Source of the DNA: the human T2T-CHM13v2.0 reference genome, Homo sapiens
Reading direction: 5' to 3' (one strand)
Assembly (NCBI RefSeq): GCF_009914755.1
Contig: NC_060926.1
Length of the DNA stretch: 64,000 nucleotides
The translations under genes were made by a program, and so were the position numbers. The notes beneath the pieces were generated by a model that saw only the letters and a program-made list of their open reading frames with translations, made no database searches and was not told where the DNA came from. This document shows positions 1 to 26,042 of this stretch, piece by piece. The stretch's first letter is position 1; every line of letters starts with the position of its first letter.

Positions 1-500
1 CCTGGCCCTATGAGCCTGCTTTTCTAACATGATAATAGAGGGTTTTTTGCATGAAAATTTAGGAGCTTCTGTTATGGAATAACAACTAAGAAAAGAGCCA
101 CAGGAAATTAAGGTATATTATGCTGCCAAGTTAAACAGTCTAACAAGAAGTAGCAATATATTTTAGTAGGAGGAGAATCTCCTTGAATAACAGGGCAAAA
201 TTACAAGGTTTCCCTTTCCGTTCATTCATCCTTGCAGGCATGCAATACGTATTTGCCTCCTGCGTGTCAGGCACTGTGTTAAGTGCCAGGGAGAAATAAT
301 GAAAAACAACTGCAACAACCAGACACCGTCCCTGTCCTTACATAGTCTATCAAGGGGGCGGGGGCAGGGATTTAGCCATTAACCAAATAGTATACAAATA
401 AATGTGTAATTAAAAAAATATTTGTGCATTTGTGAAATGGAGTGAGTGGCAAGGTAGGAAAAGTATTTTTAAAAAAATCAATGTGTCTCTATTTTACTTT

Positions 501-794
501 ACTTTTTTTTGCGACAGGGTATCACATTGTCACCCAAGCTGGAGTGAAGTGGCATGACCTCAGCTCACTGCAGCCTCAACCTCCCGAGTTCAAGCAATCC
601 TCCTGCCTCAGCCCCCAAGCAGCTGTGACTACAGGTGCATGCCACCACACCTGAATAATTTTTTTGTATTTTTTGTAGAGACGGGGGTTTTACCATGTTG
701 CCCAGGCTGGTCTTGAACTCCTGAGCTCAAGTGATCTGCCTGCCTCAGCCTCCCGAAGTGCTAGGATTACAGGCATGAGCCACCATGCCTGGCC
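501..794 (-). mobile_element. Alu (AluJ-like)
   Basis: Antisense Alu, T-run to cctggcc. Confidence 0.9.
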
Positions 795-999
795 TGTGTC
801 TCTAATTTTTAAAATCATAACATTTAGCTTTGTTATATTCAGCAAAATATAAAAACTCCAATTTTCAGATATATTCTTATTATATATTTTAGGAAAATAA
901 AAAAACATATTTTCATAAACTTAGGAAGTACTTATTGAAAGAATACTTTTTGATTTCAAAATAATTGCTTTTAAAACTGAGATTTCAAAAGGTTACGTT

Positions 1000-1798
<799 letters not shown>

Positions 1799-1944
1799 TA
1801 ATTTTAATGAATAGTTATGATCAATCAAACATTTAAAAAGTAAGGATAATAGCTCATATTTTGTGATTGGAGTAACATTTTTCATTTTAAATTTTAAAAG
1901 CATCTAAATGAAAGCATTAAGCAATAGGCTTAATATGTTCTTAC

Positions 1945-2081
1945 CTGTACTGTAGCTTAGGGCATCCATGCTAAAGCAATAAATATTTTCTCCTTAAAAC
2001 TAAAACCAGCAAAGCACATCAATAGATATGCGGTTAAAATTCAAACACATAATGCCAAACTGAGAGTGGCAACAGATATGC
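1945..2081 (-). pseudogene. SLC9B1-like exon (~exon 11), 137 bp, two premature stops
   Basis: (G)ISVATLSLALCV*ILTAYLLMCFAGFSFKEKIFIALAWMP*ATVQ; TGA at 2041-2043, TAA at 1957-1959. Confidence 0.95.
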
Positions 2082-2348
2082 CTACAGCAGATGAAAACAA
2101 ACATAAATAACAAAATATTTGTGAAGAAGTGTTCTTTATGCCCAGGAATATGATTTCTAAAATTTTGAAAGCATTTTAAGGCTGTTGTCTCTTCATGTGT
2201 TTAATTTTTACATAAAACAATGATAATAAAAAATGAATATGATGGAGGATTCTCTGTAAAGTGCAAGACAGTATCTGATGGTGGAGGTACCATGAAAAAT
2301 AAGACAGATGACATTTATACAATTCTGAACTAATAGACTTTTTTTTGA

Positions 2349-2645
<297 letters not shown>

Positions 2646-2952
2646 AATAGTTTTAAATGAAAGTACTCAAAAAGTGCTGATGGTATCAAATATGTTCCCT
2701 CAGGAAAGAAATCTTATATTTATTTCCTTAGATAACTCAGGGAAGATATTCAGGGCTGTCCTTGGTTTAAAAGAAAAAAGAGCACACAGTGTAAAGGAAG
2801 AGCAATATGAAAATATGACACTGTATCAACATGTGTTTCTGAAGAAGGTCCTTACAGCCATTCAAAGATATATTGTAAATAAAAATAAATGTATTTATAA
2901 TTTTCTTAAATATTTTTGAATTTCATATTTTTTGTGCTCTAATCATTCTTAC

Positions 2953-3061
2953 CAACAATATTTGATTCAAGCGATGAAACAGATACTTCTGCTCCAACTA
3001 AACCAAAAAGAGGTGGTTGAAAAATATCCCATACATTTGTAATAATCTTTCGGACTTTCAT
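2953..3061 (-). pseudogene. SLC9B1-like exon (~exon 10), 109 bp
   Basis: MKVRKIITNVWDIFQPPLFGLVGAEVSVSSLESNIV(G); AG/GT intact. Confidence 0.94.
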
Positions 3062-3149
3062 CTATAGAAAAGAGAAATACATTTATACTTATTTTGGCAC
3101 ATAAATATATTTCAGAAAGTTAAAGTCTCCTCACCTTTTTCTTTCACTT

Positions 3150-3437
3150 TTTAAGTATTTTAGAGATGGGGTCTTGCTCTGTTGCCCAGGCTGGAGTGTA
3201 GTGGCATAATCTTAGCTCACTGAAGCCTTGAACTCCTGGGCTCAAGTGATCCTCTCGCAGTCTCCCAAGTAGAACTACAGGTGTGTACCACCATGCTGGG
3301 CTAATTTTTAAATTGTTTATAGAGATGAGGTCTCGCTATATTGCCCAGGATGGTCCAGAACTCCTGTCTTCAAGTGGTCTCTGGCTGTGGCCTCCCAAAG
3401 CACTGGCATTATAGACATGAGCCACCATGCCTGGCCT
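3150..3437 (-). mobile_element. Alu (AluJ-like)
   Basis: Antisense Alu motifs. Confidence 0.9.
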
Positions 3438-4399
3438 AAAGTCTCTTAACATTTAATAAATTTAAGACACTTTATTTTAATAAAAATGTTAAACTTAATT
3501 AATAAAAACTGAACACTTCAATAGTTTTACTCAAACACTTAGGTAGAATTTGATTAAAAGAAACTCACAAAGCAATAAAATAATACTATTTGGCCATTTT
3601 GTCACAGAATAAGTGATGTCCTTAGGGTTCTAGCCATGTTTTGTATGAGTTCCAGATTTTGTCTCTAAGTTAACTGAACAGAGATAGAACTACATCATGC
3701 CTGATGAGAACATACCCAGTTCATGCAAACATTTGGGTTCCCAGAAGGAGGTTGGGAAGCCTTCCACTAACAACCATCCTGGAACTTAATCCCATTAAAG
3801 TGAATCCTGATATATATAGCATATACTACTAGGAAAAACAATCTGGAAGTCTGCTAGGCCTGCTTCCAAAGAACCCATGTTGAATACTTTGAAGTTACTT
3901 TTTCCTTAAAACAAAACCAAAACATATATTAGATTCTCATTTAGCTGCCTACCCAGCTTCCCTTTCTGGAAACGAATGCCTCCCAGTGCTACTTCCCCAA
4001 TTAAAAGGTTACAGGAAAGGCCCCTATTGGCCTACATTACTCTGGCTCTTCTCCAGGAATTTGGATGAAGAGATTTCAGTCTCAGTCTGGGTTTAATATC
4101 TTTTTTTAAACAGAAGATACATAAGAACTTTGATGTCTCTTCCTTGAGGCATAAACTATCTTCATAATTATTTCCCTTATGACTGTGTTTTCTGATCCCC
4201 ACTTATTATAGTTTAAAAAAAGAAAAACAAAGAAAAACTATGTTACTACTCTTTACAGCATAATTATCCTATTTGTTACTTTTAATCTTTAAAACTTGTT
4301 TTAGTTCTGTTTCTTTTACCATTTAAAAAATTCTAGCAGTTTTAATTTTATTTATTAATTTGCATTTCATTCATTTCATGTCTTTTATAATTATGATTA

Positions 4400-5580
4400 T
4401 ATAAGAATACTAAGCAAAATGCCAGTATGATTTTTGATTAGGGAACATCTCAAGCTGATTCTAAAATTTATCTAAGAAAGAATATGTGTAGTAACAGCCA
4501 AAAAATACTTTAAAAAGAAGTATAATCTATATTAGATTTTGACACAGAAAACTGCAGTGATTTAAAACAGTGGTGTTGGCATAGAAATAGAGATTAAATA
4601 GACTTCAGAATTAATATATATGGGAGAATTTAGTTCATGTTAAAAAACTGAATTATTAATGAATTGGTCAATAAATAAACAATTTGGCAAAAAATGACTG
4701 TCTAGCTTATGTGCATATATCTGTATGTACATATTCATCACATGCAAGTATATATGTGTGTCTGAATATGTATATATATTTATGTGTGTGTATATATATA
4801 TACACACACACACACACCAGGCATGATGTAGTTCTATCTCTGTTCAGTTAACTTACAAACTGTATGTGTGTGTGTATATATATATATAGTTTGTAAGATA
4901 CACATATGTATATATGTATAACCTTACCTCACAGCATTCACAAAGATAAATTCCAGATAGATTAAAAGACTAAATGAAAAAACAAATTAAACAAACAAAA
5001 ACTACCAAAATATTAAATGATAATACACAAAATAGTATATCTTTGTAATGTTTATATATTATAATATTCAGTGAGAAAGTCCTTCTTAAATGAGATGCAG
5101 AATCCAAAACCAAAAAAGGAAAACCCAATAGGTTTGGTCATAGGAAATTTTACTTTCATACACCAGACACCATAAACAAAGTTGAAGATAAGCAAAAATT
5201 ATATGCAATATATACATAACAAAGGATCAGTAGCCCTATCACTAAGAGAAACTATAAATTGGAAACAAAAAAATAAATAACCCAATAAAAATGGTCAAAG
5301 AAGATCATAGGTATTTTAAAAAGAATATATGAAGAGAAGCTTACTATACTACTAATCAGAGAAATGTAAATAAAGAATAACAACATCACATAATTGTAAG
5401 AAACTATAAGAATTGGATGGTGAGGTCATTTAATAGTAAAAAGAATAGAACTAGTGTTAATATCAAGTGCTGTTGATGAGTTAAGGTATTAGATATTTTT
5501 GTGCACTGTTGGCAGAGTGTAAATAACCAAAATTTTTGAAGGGATAATTTAGCAATGTCCATCAAAATAAAACACAGATC
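4400..5580 (+). mobile_element. Old L1 (L1M-type) ORF2/3' fragments interrupted by a TA/CA microsatellite (about 4710-4920)
   Basis: Degenerate L1 motifs such as aagctgattctaaaatttat, aaaacagtggtgttggcatag, ataaattccagatagattaaa; boundaries approximate. Confidence 0.65.
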
Positions 5581-5585
5581 ATTTC

Positions 5586-5715
5586 CAGCCAGGTGTGGTA
5601 GCTCATGCTTGTAATCCTAGCACTTTGCAGTGTCAAGTTGGTAGGATCCCTTGAGCTCAGGATTTTGAGACCAGCCTGGGCAACATAGACAGAGACTCTG
5701 TTAAAAAAAAAAAAA
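5586..5715 (+). mobile_element. FLAM/Alu monomer
   Basis: Single Alu arm with A tail. Confidence 0.8.
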
Positions 5716-5745
5716 TCATTTCTAGGACTCTATTCCTACAGATGT

Positions 5746-7433
<1,688 letters not shown>

Positions 7434-7649
7434 GACATGAACAACATTGTTTATGACAGCACTGTTTGTAAATAACAAAAAGTGGAAACGATCTTAATGT
7501 CTATAAATAGAATACTGGTTACTTAAAAAAATGTAAGGGGGTTAGATATTTGACAGTGGTGGGGAATAAAGAAATCTTTTACATTTTATTCTATATGTTT
7601 TGTTATTTTACAAGCATTTCTATTTTTATTAATTTGTTTGTTTATTATT

Positions 7650-7983
<334 letters not shown>

Positions 7984-8275
7984 TAATTAAAATTTCAATG
8001 AATAAATTAATTAGATTCATATAAGTATATAATAATATTATATAAAACTTTGGAAAAAGAGAAGCTTGATGTGATTAACTCAAGTTCTGATTCCATGTTA
8101 GTATATTTCCAGCTGCTTTTCCTAAATATTTTATTTCCTCGATTGATTCATACACTTTCTTGAGGATAGCAAAACTTTTGGAATATTTTCCAACCAGAAT
8201 GATGGGATTTCCTAAATATAGGTAAAAAATTCAGTTGTCTTAGCTTTTGAAATATAGCATATTAAAAATATTCAC

Positions 8276-8425
8276 CTTTTCTTGGGACCATTTTGTCCCT
8301 GCAATGAAACTCAACACTAGTGTGCATAATCCTCCAGATCCATGTAAACCAATACGTTGGCTGCCTAAGACAGCAGAAACACACGTAGTCAAAACAAGGA
8401 ATCCTCTCTTCAATGTAAGTTTTTT
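8276..8425 (-). pseudogene. SLC9B1-like exon (~exon 9), 150 bp
   Basis: KKLTLKRGFLVLTTCVSAVLGSQRIGLHGSGGLCTLVLSFIAGTKWSQEK; AG/GT intact. Confidence 0.94.
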
Positions 8426-9267
8426 CTAGAATTAGATAGATATTTAGAAATTAGTTTATATTAAATATATAATACAAGATTTGACATTATCTATTATATA
8501 TGTTTGACCCTTTGATATTATGTCTTTAAATGTTATATTAAATGTGTAAAATTTTGATTTTCTTTCTCACCATACACTTTAGCAGACTTACTACCAAGTA
8601 ACAAAATTTCCAATTAGTAACGTTTCATCTTCTTCCACATCTCTGATACTAGTATCAGTAAAATGGTTAAAGTATTACTTTAAGTGAAGAAGAAAAGAGA
8701 CCCATAAAATCTCCAGTTTTATATAACATATCCAATGAATCCTTAAAAAATATTTGAATATCTCTTTGGTGAATATGTTACAGCTAAATTTGGATGGAAA
8801 TTATAGAAATACAAAAGTAATGGCATGTTTTTCTTTAAGGCAGGAAATGGCTAAGTTTGAGTGTTGCCTTTGTCAAAGGATAGCAGGAGTGAATTTCAGT
8901 CAGAAAATATGCAGAAATAAATGGGAACCTATCTCCCCCTAAAATGTTTAAGGGAAAATTTGGGGGAAATTATCAAACATCTATAGGCAATTTAGTAGAG
9001 AAAGGGAAAGTATAATTCAGAGGGATACTCTGCATTAAGTATATTTTTTGACATTCCTTATTTGCCAAATCAGGAAGCAGAGACTTTAATCAAAGCCATT
9101 GACCTGTATCAATCACTGCTGTGCTCAGTTTTAAATACAGAGTAGGCATTGGAGGCTAGTTTTAGAAAAATAGAGTTAAGTATTAAATTTCATGGATCTT
9201 ACCAAAGTTTAATATTTTGATAACAATGTCTAATACTATACTTCTATAAAATATATTTTGTATTTAC

Positions 9268-9374
9268 CTGGTCTTCACTTGGAAAATATTGAACAAAAAT
9301 TCCCAAAACAATTCCTGCCAGCCGACTAATACATATGTTCCTTATAGAGGCTATGGCGTTATTAAGCATACCAC
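9268..9374 (-). pseudogene. SLC9B1-like exon (~exon 8), 107 bp
   Basis: (G)GMLNNAIASIRNICISRLAGIVLGIFVQYFPSEDQ; AG/GT intact. Confidence 0.94.
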
Positions 9375-9687
9375 CTGTAGGGGCACACAATAAAAAAAAA
9401 TTCACAAAGAAATATTTTCACATACACTACACATCAGAAAAGCAAATCTAGGTGGTTCATGAAGAAAAGTAAGCATTTTATAGAACAAATATATGCAAAT
9501 GGTCTTTTTATAGTGACATGTATGAAAACACATAGATCTATTTACTACATTAAAAATATACTCTCAAATAATTTAATATAAACACACAACTCAGAAATAT
9601 CCATTATATAAATAGGCCAGAAAACAAAGACTTAACAAGCACAAGATGCTCCCCTTACATAGCCAATTTAAAAGACAGAGTGAGGTA

Positions 9688-9985
9688 GTCTGGGCGCAGT
9701 GGCTCATGTCTGTAATCCCAGTGCTTTGGGAGGCTGAGGAGGGTGGATTACTTGAGGTCAGGAGTTCAAGAGCAGCCTGGCCAACATAATGAAACCCCAT
9801 CTCTACTAAAAATACAAAAATTAGGTGGGCATGGTGGCACACAACTGTGGTCCCAGGTACTCAGGAGGCTGAGGGAGGAGAATCACTTGAACCTAGGAGG
9901 CAGAGGTTGCAGTGAGCTGAGATCATGCCACCACACTCCAGCCTGGGTGAAAGATGGAGGCTACACCTCCAAAAGAAAAAAAGAA
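9688..9985 (+). mobile_element. Alu (AluS-like)
   Basis: Full-length Alu. Confidence 0.92.
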
Positions 9986-10430
9986 GACCAAGTGAGGTAC
10001 AAGAATGGAGAGAGACCGAAACACTTGTGGCACTTAGCATATGGCTGGTAAGTGCTATATTAACAATTCTTCTTTGATGTACTATATGAAAAAGAAACAA
10101 ATGATTTTAACATGAAAAGAACAATGTAATAACAACATAAAAAAATTTGTTCCAGGGTCAGTCCTAGAAACATTCAAGGGTCATTTAAGATTTCAGTATA
10201 TTTAAGTTTCTGCTTTTGGTGAAGAAAAAAGGAAAAAAAAATAAAAAGATTCCAGTATATTTTATATTAATTAATATTAATATATCCATACTTGTAGTTC
10301 ATTGTAATAAGTAAAAAGCAAAAAATAAAAAAACAGAATGAGTCACAAAAATAGTTCAGTTAAGCTCTGGGTAGTGGATTCAATATAGTACATAAGTATA
10401 TTTTTAGATATATTTTCTACTAAATATAAC

Positions 10431-10717
10431 AGGCAGCGCATGGTGGGCTCACACCTTTAATCCTAGCACTTTGGGAGGCCAAGGCAGAAGGATTGCTTGA
10501 GCCCAAGAGTTGAGACCAACTTGGGCAACAGAGTGAAACCCCATCTTCACAAGAAAACAAGAAATTAGCCTGGTATGTGGTGTGTGCCTATAGTCCAAGT
10601 ACTCAGTAGCCTGAGGGAGGAGGTCCCTTGAGCTCAGGAGTTCGAGGCTGCACTCTAGCCTGGCTGACAGAGCAAGATCCTGTCTCAAGGAAATAAAATA
10701 TAATAAAAATTAAAAAT
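10431..10717 (+). mobile_element. Alu (AluJ-like)
   Basis: Alu motifs, degenerate tail. Confidence 0.88.
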
Positions 10718-11711
10718 AATGTAAACAGAGTGATGTCAGCCAGATGGTGGAATGGGAAGCTCCAAACCTTGATTCTCCATAAAGATACCAACTGAAAAAC
10801 AATATATGGTCTAAAAGCCTTTATGGAGTTCCATAAACCATTAAGAAGTTGTAGTAGCACAGACAAGTGCAAAGCCAAGAATAGTGGCATTGAACAAATA
10901 AGAAAAGCTGCTGCATTATACTCATGATACCCCTTCCCCAAGCTGGAACAGGTTGGTTTGGCTGGGAAGCACTCAACTTGCAGCTGCTCCGTTAGCAGGG
11001 AAAGAGAAGACTGGAACGGAAAGTTTTATGAGGTTACCTGAAGCTCTCTCTCTCTCTCTAACTTGACGCCCAACTGGCATACTTTGGATGCATGGGAGCC
11101 ACTGGGAATAAAGGAGAGGTCAGAGGTGATGCAGCACCAGGGAACCTGCAGTACCACAGACAGATACCAGAGGGAGCAACAGCTGCAGAAAAAGAAACTG
11201 GCAAACCTCTACTTGGGATGTTGCAATGTATAAACCCAAAGAAGATGCATTCCCAGAAAAAGTTTGAGAGGATGCTGGAACCTATAGCCATGCTGATTCA
11301 GGTATGAAGGTCTTCCGTATGAAGCCAGCTGATAAAAAGTGGGAGAAGTGGCAGTTTTTTCAAATGCCCAAATCTTGGCAAAAATAAATAAAAAATAAAA
11401 AATAACAAGACATAAGAAGAAACAGAGAAACCTGATGACTAAATTAAAGGAGCAAAATAAATCTCCAGAAACCAACCCTAAAGAAATAGATAAATGAGTT
11501 ACCTGACAAAGAATCCAAACTAACTCTCTTAATGAAGCCCAGTGACAACAGAAATAGACAACTAAGTGAAAGCAGGAAATAACTCATGAACAAAATGAAA
11601 ATATTAACAGAGATAGAGACTTAAAAAAAAAGGAACCATACAGAAACTCTGGAGCTAAGGAATACAATAGCTCAATTGAAAAATTCACTATCGGAAATCA
11701 CCAATAGACTG

Positions 11712-12441
11712 TGTAACTGCCCAATGGGTTCACCTTGTGACCTGCTTAGACAGAGCTGATTTATCAAGACAGGGGAATTGCAATGGAGAAAGAGTAATTC
11801 AGGCAGAGCCTGCTGTGCAGGAGATCAGAGTTTTATTATTACTCAAATCAGTCTCCCTGAGCATTCAGGGATCAGAACGTTTAAAGATAATTTGGCAGGT
11901 AGGGGCTTGGGAAGTGGGGACTGCTTATTCATCAGGTTGGAGATGAAATCATACGGGGTTGAAGTGATGTTTTCTTGCTGTCTTCTGTTTGTGGGTGGGG
12001 TGGCAGAACTGCTTGAGCCATATTACCAGTCTGGGTGGTGTCAACTGATTCATCCAGTGCAGGGTCTGCAAAAATCTCAAGCACTGATTTTAGGTTTTAC
12101 AATAGTGATGTTATACCCAGGAGCAATTTGGAGAGTTTCAGACTCTTGGAGCCAGAGGCTGCATAAACCCTCAGCTGTAATTTCTAATGTTATGGCTAAT
12201 TTGTTTATCCTGCAAAGGCAGACTGGTTCCAGGCAAGAAGGGGATCTTTTCGGGAAATGGCTACTATCAACTTTGTTTGAGAGCAAAACCATGAACTGAA
12301 TACCATCCCAAAATTAGTTCATCCTACTGCCAGGAATGAACAAGGACAGTTTAAATGCTAGAAGCAAGATGGAGTTGATTAAGTCTGATGTCTTTTGCTG
12401 TTATAATTTCTTCAGTTATAATTTTTGCAAAGGCAGTTTCA
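11712..12441 (-). mobile_element. Solo LTR8-family LTR (ERV1), about 730 bp
   Basis: Minus strand starts TGAAACTGCCTTTGCAAAAATTATAACTGA and ends GGTGAACCCATTGGGCAGTTACA, matching recalled LTR8 termini. Confidence 0.8.
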
Positions 12442-13151
12442 ATAACATCAAGCAGAAGAAAGAATCAGTGAAATGGAAGACTAGTCATTTGAAATTATGG
12501 AGTCAGAGGAGCAAAAGGGAAAAGGAGTGAAGAGTGAAGACAGCCTAAGAGACTTACAGGATGCCATGAAGCAGTCCAATGATTGCATTATGAAAGTGCA
12601 AGAACGAGAAGAGAAAAATAAAGGGGCAGAGAGCCAGTTAAAAAAATAATGACCAAAAACTTCTCAAACTTAAAGAAGGAAATGGACATACAAATCCAAG
12701 AGGCTCAAAGAACTCCAAGTTGGATAATTTGCAAAAGACCTACAATGAGACACATTACAATCAAACTGTCAAAAGTCAAAGACAAAGAGAGAATTTTGAA
12801 AGGAACAGGATCAAAGCAACTTGTCACATACAAGGGAGATGCCATATGGTAATCAATGGAATTCTCAGCAAAAACTCTACAGGCCAGAAGAGAATGGGAT
12901 GATGTATTAAAAGGGCTGAAAGAAAAAAATAACTGTCAACCAAGAACCGTATAGCCAGTAAAACTCTACTTCAAAAATGAAGGACAAACAAAGAGTTCCC
13001 CAGAGAAGTAAAAGGTGAGGGAGTTGATCACCACTAGACCTACCTTACAAAAAATGTTAAAGGGAGTCCTCCAAGTGGAAATGAAAAGGCATTGGATAGA
13101 AATACAAAAGCATACAAAATATAAACTTCTTTGGTAAAAGTAAATATATGA

Positions 13152-13508
<357 letters not shown>

Positions 13509-14653
13509 TAATTGAAGCATAGAATTTAAAAGGTAAAAGCATAATATTACTGTATTAAATTATGTGAATAAACAATATAAAATATATATTGTGTGACATT
13601 GATAACAAAGTGAGAAGGAGGTGTAAAGAAGTAGAGTTTTTGTATGTGATTAAAGTTAAGTTGTTGCCAATTTAAAATAGATTATTATAACTATAAGACG
13701 TTTTCATGTAATTCTACAGTAACCACAAAGAAAAGACCTACAGAAGATACACAAATAAAAATGAGAAAGGAACCAAAGCACGTCCCTACCAAAAAAAAGA
13801 AATCAGTGAAACATAAAGGGAGGCAGAAAGAGAGGAAAAGTGGAAAAAAATACTTGCAAGGCATGTATAAAACAATGAACAAAATGACAATAGTAAGCCC
13901 CTCCCTATCAGTAACTACTTTAAATGCAACTAGGCTAATTTTCCAATCAAAAGACAGAGAATTGCCCGAATGGATTAAAAAAATCTAAATATATACTATA
14001 TGCAAGAGACTTATGTTAGATCTCAACACACACAAAGGTTGAAAGTGAAAGGATGGAAAAAGATATTCAATGCATTTGGTAACCAAAAGAGAACAAGGAT
14101 GGCCATACTTAGACAAAATAGAGTTTAAGTCAAATAATAGCACAAGAGACAAGGGTATTACATAATAATAAAAGGGCCAATTGAACAAGAAGATATAGCA
14201 ATTATAAATGTATATGCAACTAACAGTACAGCATCTAAATATATGAAGCTAACATAGACAGAATTGAGGGGTAACATAGATAACAACACCATAATAACAG
14301 AAAACTTCAATATTCCACTTTCAATGATGGATACAATAACCAGACAGAAGATCAACTGGAAAACACAGAACTTGAACAACATTGTAGAGCAATTGGACCT
14401 GTCTGACATATACAGAACACTTCACCCAATAATAGCAAAATATGCTTTCTTCTCAAGCACATACCAAGACTTTTCCATGATAGATGGCATGCTAGTCCAC
14501 AAACAAGTTTTTAAAAAATTTAAGAAAACTAAACTCATACCAAATATTTTTTCTGACCACATTAAATGAAATTACAAATTCATAGCAGAAGGAAAAAGGA
14601 AAAGTAATAAATACATGGAAATTACAAAAATATACTCTCTTAACCAATTGGCC

Positions 14654-15330
14654 TGTGTGGTTAATATTAATTGTCAATTTGATTGAGGGATGCTTAGAAG
14701 CCTGATGAAGCACTGTGTGTGGGTATATCTGTGAGGGTGCTGCCACAGGAGAATGATGGATGAATTAGTGGACTGAGAGAGAAAAACCCATCCTCACTGT
14801 GGGTAGGCATAATGCAATTGGTTGCAAGTGTGACTAGAACAAAAAGGCAGAAGAATGGGAACATTCAGCTTGCTTGGATTTCTTTTTTATGCACTTTCTC
14901 TCTCTTCCAGAGCAGTATGCCTTTTTCTCCTCTTGCCCTTGCACATCAAACTCTAGGTTCTTTGGCCTTTGGACCCTGGGACTTGCATCAGCAGCCTTTT
15001 GGGGCCTCTCAGGCCTTGGGCCTCAGACTAGTGGCTGCACTGTCAGCTTCCCTGGTTTTGAGGCTTTCAGATTTGGACTGAGCCATGTCACTGGCTTCCT
15101 TGGGAGCCATGCTGTAGACTTATCTCATTTTCCAGCTTATAGATGGCCTATTGTGGGACTTCGCCTTTGTAATTATGTGAGCCAATTCTCCTTAATAAAT
15201 TATATTTCATATATATGTAAATATATTCTCTTTTAGATGAATGTATATGTATCTATATCTATATCTATATCTATAGCTATATCTATATTTCCTATTGGAT
15301 CTGACCCTCTGGAGAACTCTGATTAATACA
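14654..15330 (+). mobile_element. MLT2 (ERV-L) solo LTR
   Basis: TGTGTGGTTAATATT...internal (TA/TCTA)n...CTGATTAATACA. Confidence 0.82.
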
Positions 15331-15582
15331 TAGTCAAAGAATAAGTCACAAGGAAAATTAGAAAATGTCTTGAGACAAATAAAAATGGAAACACAACATT
15401 CCAAAGCTTGTGGGATGCAGCAAAATAAATGTGAACAGGACAGTTTATATATCTAACTACCTACCTTAAAAAAGAAGAAAGATCTAAAATCAGCAACTTA
15501 GCTTTACACCTCAAGAAACTGGAAAAAGAAGAACTCAACCCAATGTTAGCAAAAGGAAGGAAATAATAAAGTCTAGAGCAGA

Positions 15583-15876
15583 AGGCTGGGTGCAGTGGCT
15601 CACGACTGTAATCCCAGCACTTTGGGAGGCCGAGGCAGGTGGATCACCTGAGGTTGGGAGTTCAAGACCTGCCTCAGCAACATGGAGAAATCTGTCTCTA
15701 CCAAAAAATACAAAATTAGCCAGGCATGGTGGTGCATGCCTGTAATCCCAGCTACTCTGGAGGCTGAGGCAGCAGAGTCACTTGAACTGGGAGGCGGAGT
15801 TGCAGTGAGCAGAGATCACTCCATTGCACTACAGCCTGGGCAATAAGAGCGAAACTCCATCTCAAAAAAAAAAAAA
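15583..15876 (+). mobile_element. Alu (AluS-like)
   Basis: Full-length Alu. Confidence 0.92.
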
Positions 15877-16300
15877 GGCTAGAGAATAGAAAAAAACTCA
15901 ATGAAACTAGTAGTTGTTTCAAAGTTCAACAAAATTGACAAATCATTAGCTAGAATATTTAAGAAAAAAAAAAAGAAGACTCAACTTCTTTTAGGAACAA
16001 AAGAGAAGACACTTCAACAGATATTACAGAAATAAAAAGGATTCTAAGAGTCTACTATGAATGATTATATACTGACAAGTTGGATAACCTAGGAGAAATG
16101 AACAGATTCCTAGTAACATGCAAGTTACCAAGACTAAGTCACAAAATAAAAAATCTTAATAAACCTATAACTAGTAACTGAATCAGGAATCAAAAACCTC
16201 CCAGCAAACCAAATACCTGATAAGGGGTTAATATCTAAAATATATACAGAACAACAACTCAATAACAAAACAACCTAAATGAGAAATGGTCAGTTGACTT

Positions 16301-16653
16301 TGCTATGGTCCAAATGTTCTCCCAATATTCATATGCTGGAGCCTAATATTCAGTGTGATAATATTAAGAGGTGGGGCATTTTGGAGATGATAAGTTCATG
16401 AATTCATAGCCCTCAGAAATGGGACTAGGGCCTTTATAAAAGAGGCTTAAGGGAGTTTGTTTTCCCTTTTGAACATGTGAGGACACAGAGAAGGTGCTAT
16501 GTATAGTGAATATAGTGACCTCACCAGTCACTGAGTCTGTTGTAGCCTAAATCTTGGACTTCTCACACTCCAGAATGCAAGAAATAAATTTCTGTTGTTT
16601 ATAAATTACCAGCCTAAGGTATTTTGTTATAGCAGCAGGAATGGACTAAGATA
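16301..16653 (+). mobile_element. MaLR LTR (MLT1A/MST-like)
   Basis: tgctatggtccaaatg...aataaatttctgttgtttataa...ggactaagata. Confidence 0.75.
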
Positions 16654-17213
16654 GACTTGAATAGACATTTTTTCCAAAAAAAATACAAATGTCCAACTAG
16701 CATATCAACCCAACACTACGTGGAAGCTGCCAAGGCTTGGGGATTGAACTCTGAAGCAATAGCCTGAGCTGTACCTTGGCTCCTTTTAGCCATGGCTGGG
16801 ACACAGGGCACCAAGTCCCAAGACTGCACAGAGCAGCAAAGTTCTGGGCCTGGCCCACAAACCCATTTTTTCCCTCCTAGGCCTCCAACCCTGTGATGGG
16901 AGGGGCTGTCGTGAAGAACTCTGGCATGCCCTGGAGACAATTTCCCCATTATCTTGTCAATTAACATTTGGCTCCTTGTTACTTTTGCAAATTTCTGCAG
17001 TCAGCTTGAATTTCTCCCCAGAAAATGGGTTTTCTTTTCTATCACATCATCAGGCTGCAAATCTTCCAAACTTTTATGCTCTGCTCCCTTTTAAACATAA
17101 GTTCTAATTCCAAACCATATTTTTGTGAATGCATAAAACTGAACACTTTTAAGAGCACTCAGGTCATAAATTGAACACTTTGCTGCTTACAAATTTCTTC
17201 TACCAGATGTCCT

Positions 17214-23365
<6,152 letters not shown>

Positions 23366-23520
23366 CTATGACACTCTCCTACATACCATCTCTGTACAAA
23401 AATAACAAATTTTAGATAGCCATCCAGAGATATTTCTCTAATTCTTGGAAAAAATATCAACATTGAAAACATCAAAAAAATTAAACAGTTCTTTTCTCGT
23501 TCAAAAAAAAAAAAAAAAAA

Positions 23521-26042
<2,522 letters not shown>

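Noticed and set aside
4852-4897. Inverted repeat cttacaaact...agtttgtaag around a TG/TA tract
   Set aside because: Short microsatellite-associated fold-back; no evidence for a miRNA or MITE.
11778-12299. 173-aa ORF
   Set aside because: Lies antisense within the LTR8; no recognisable protein.
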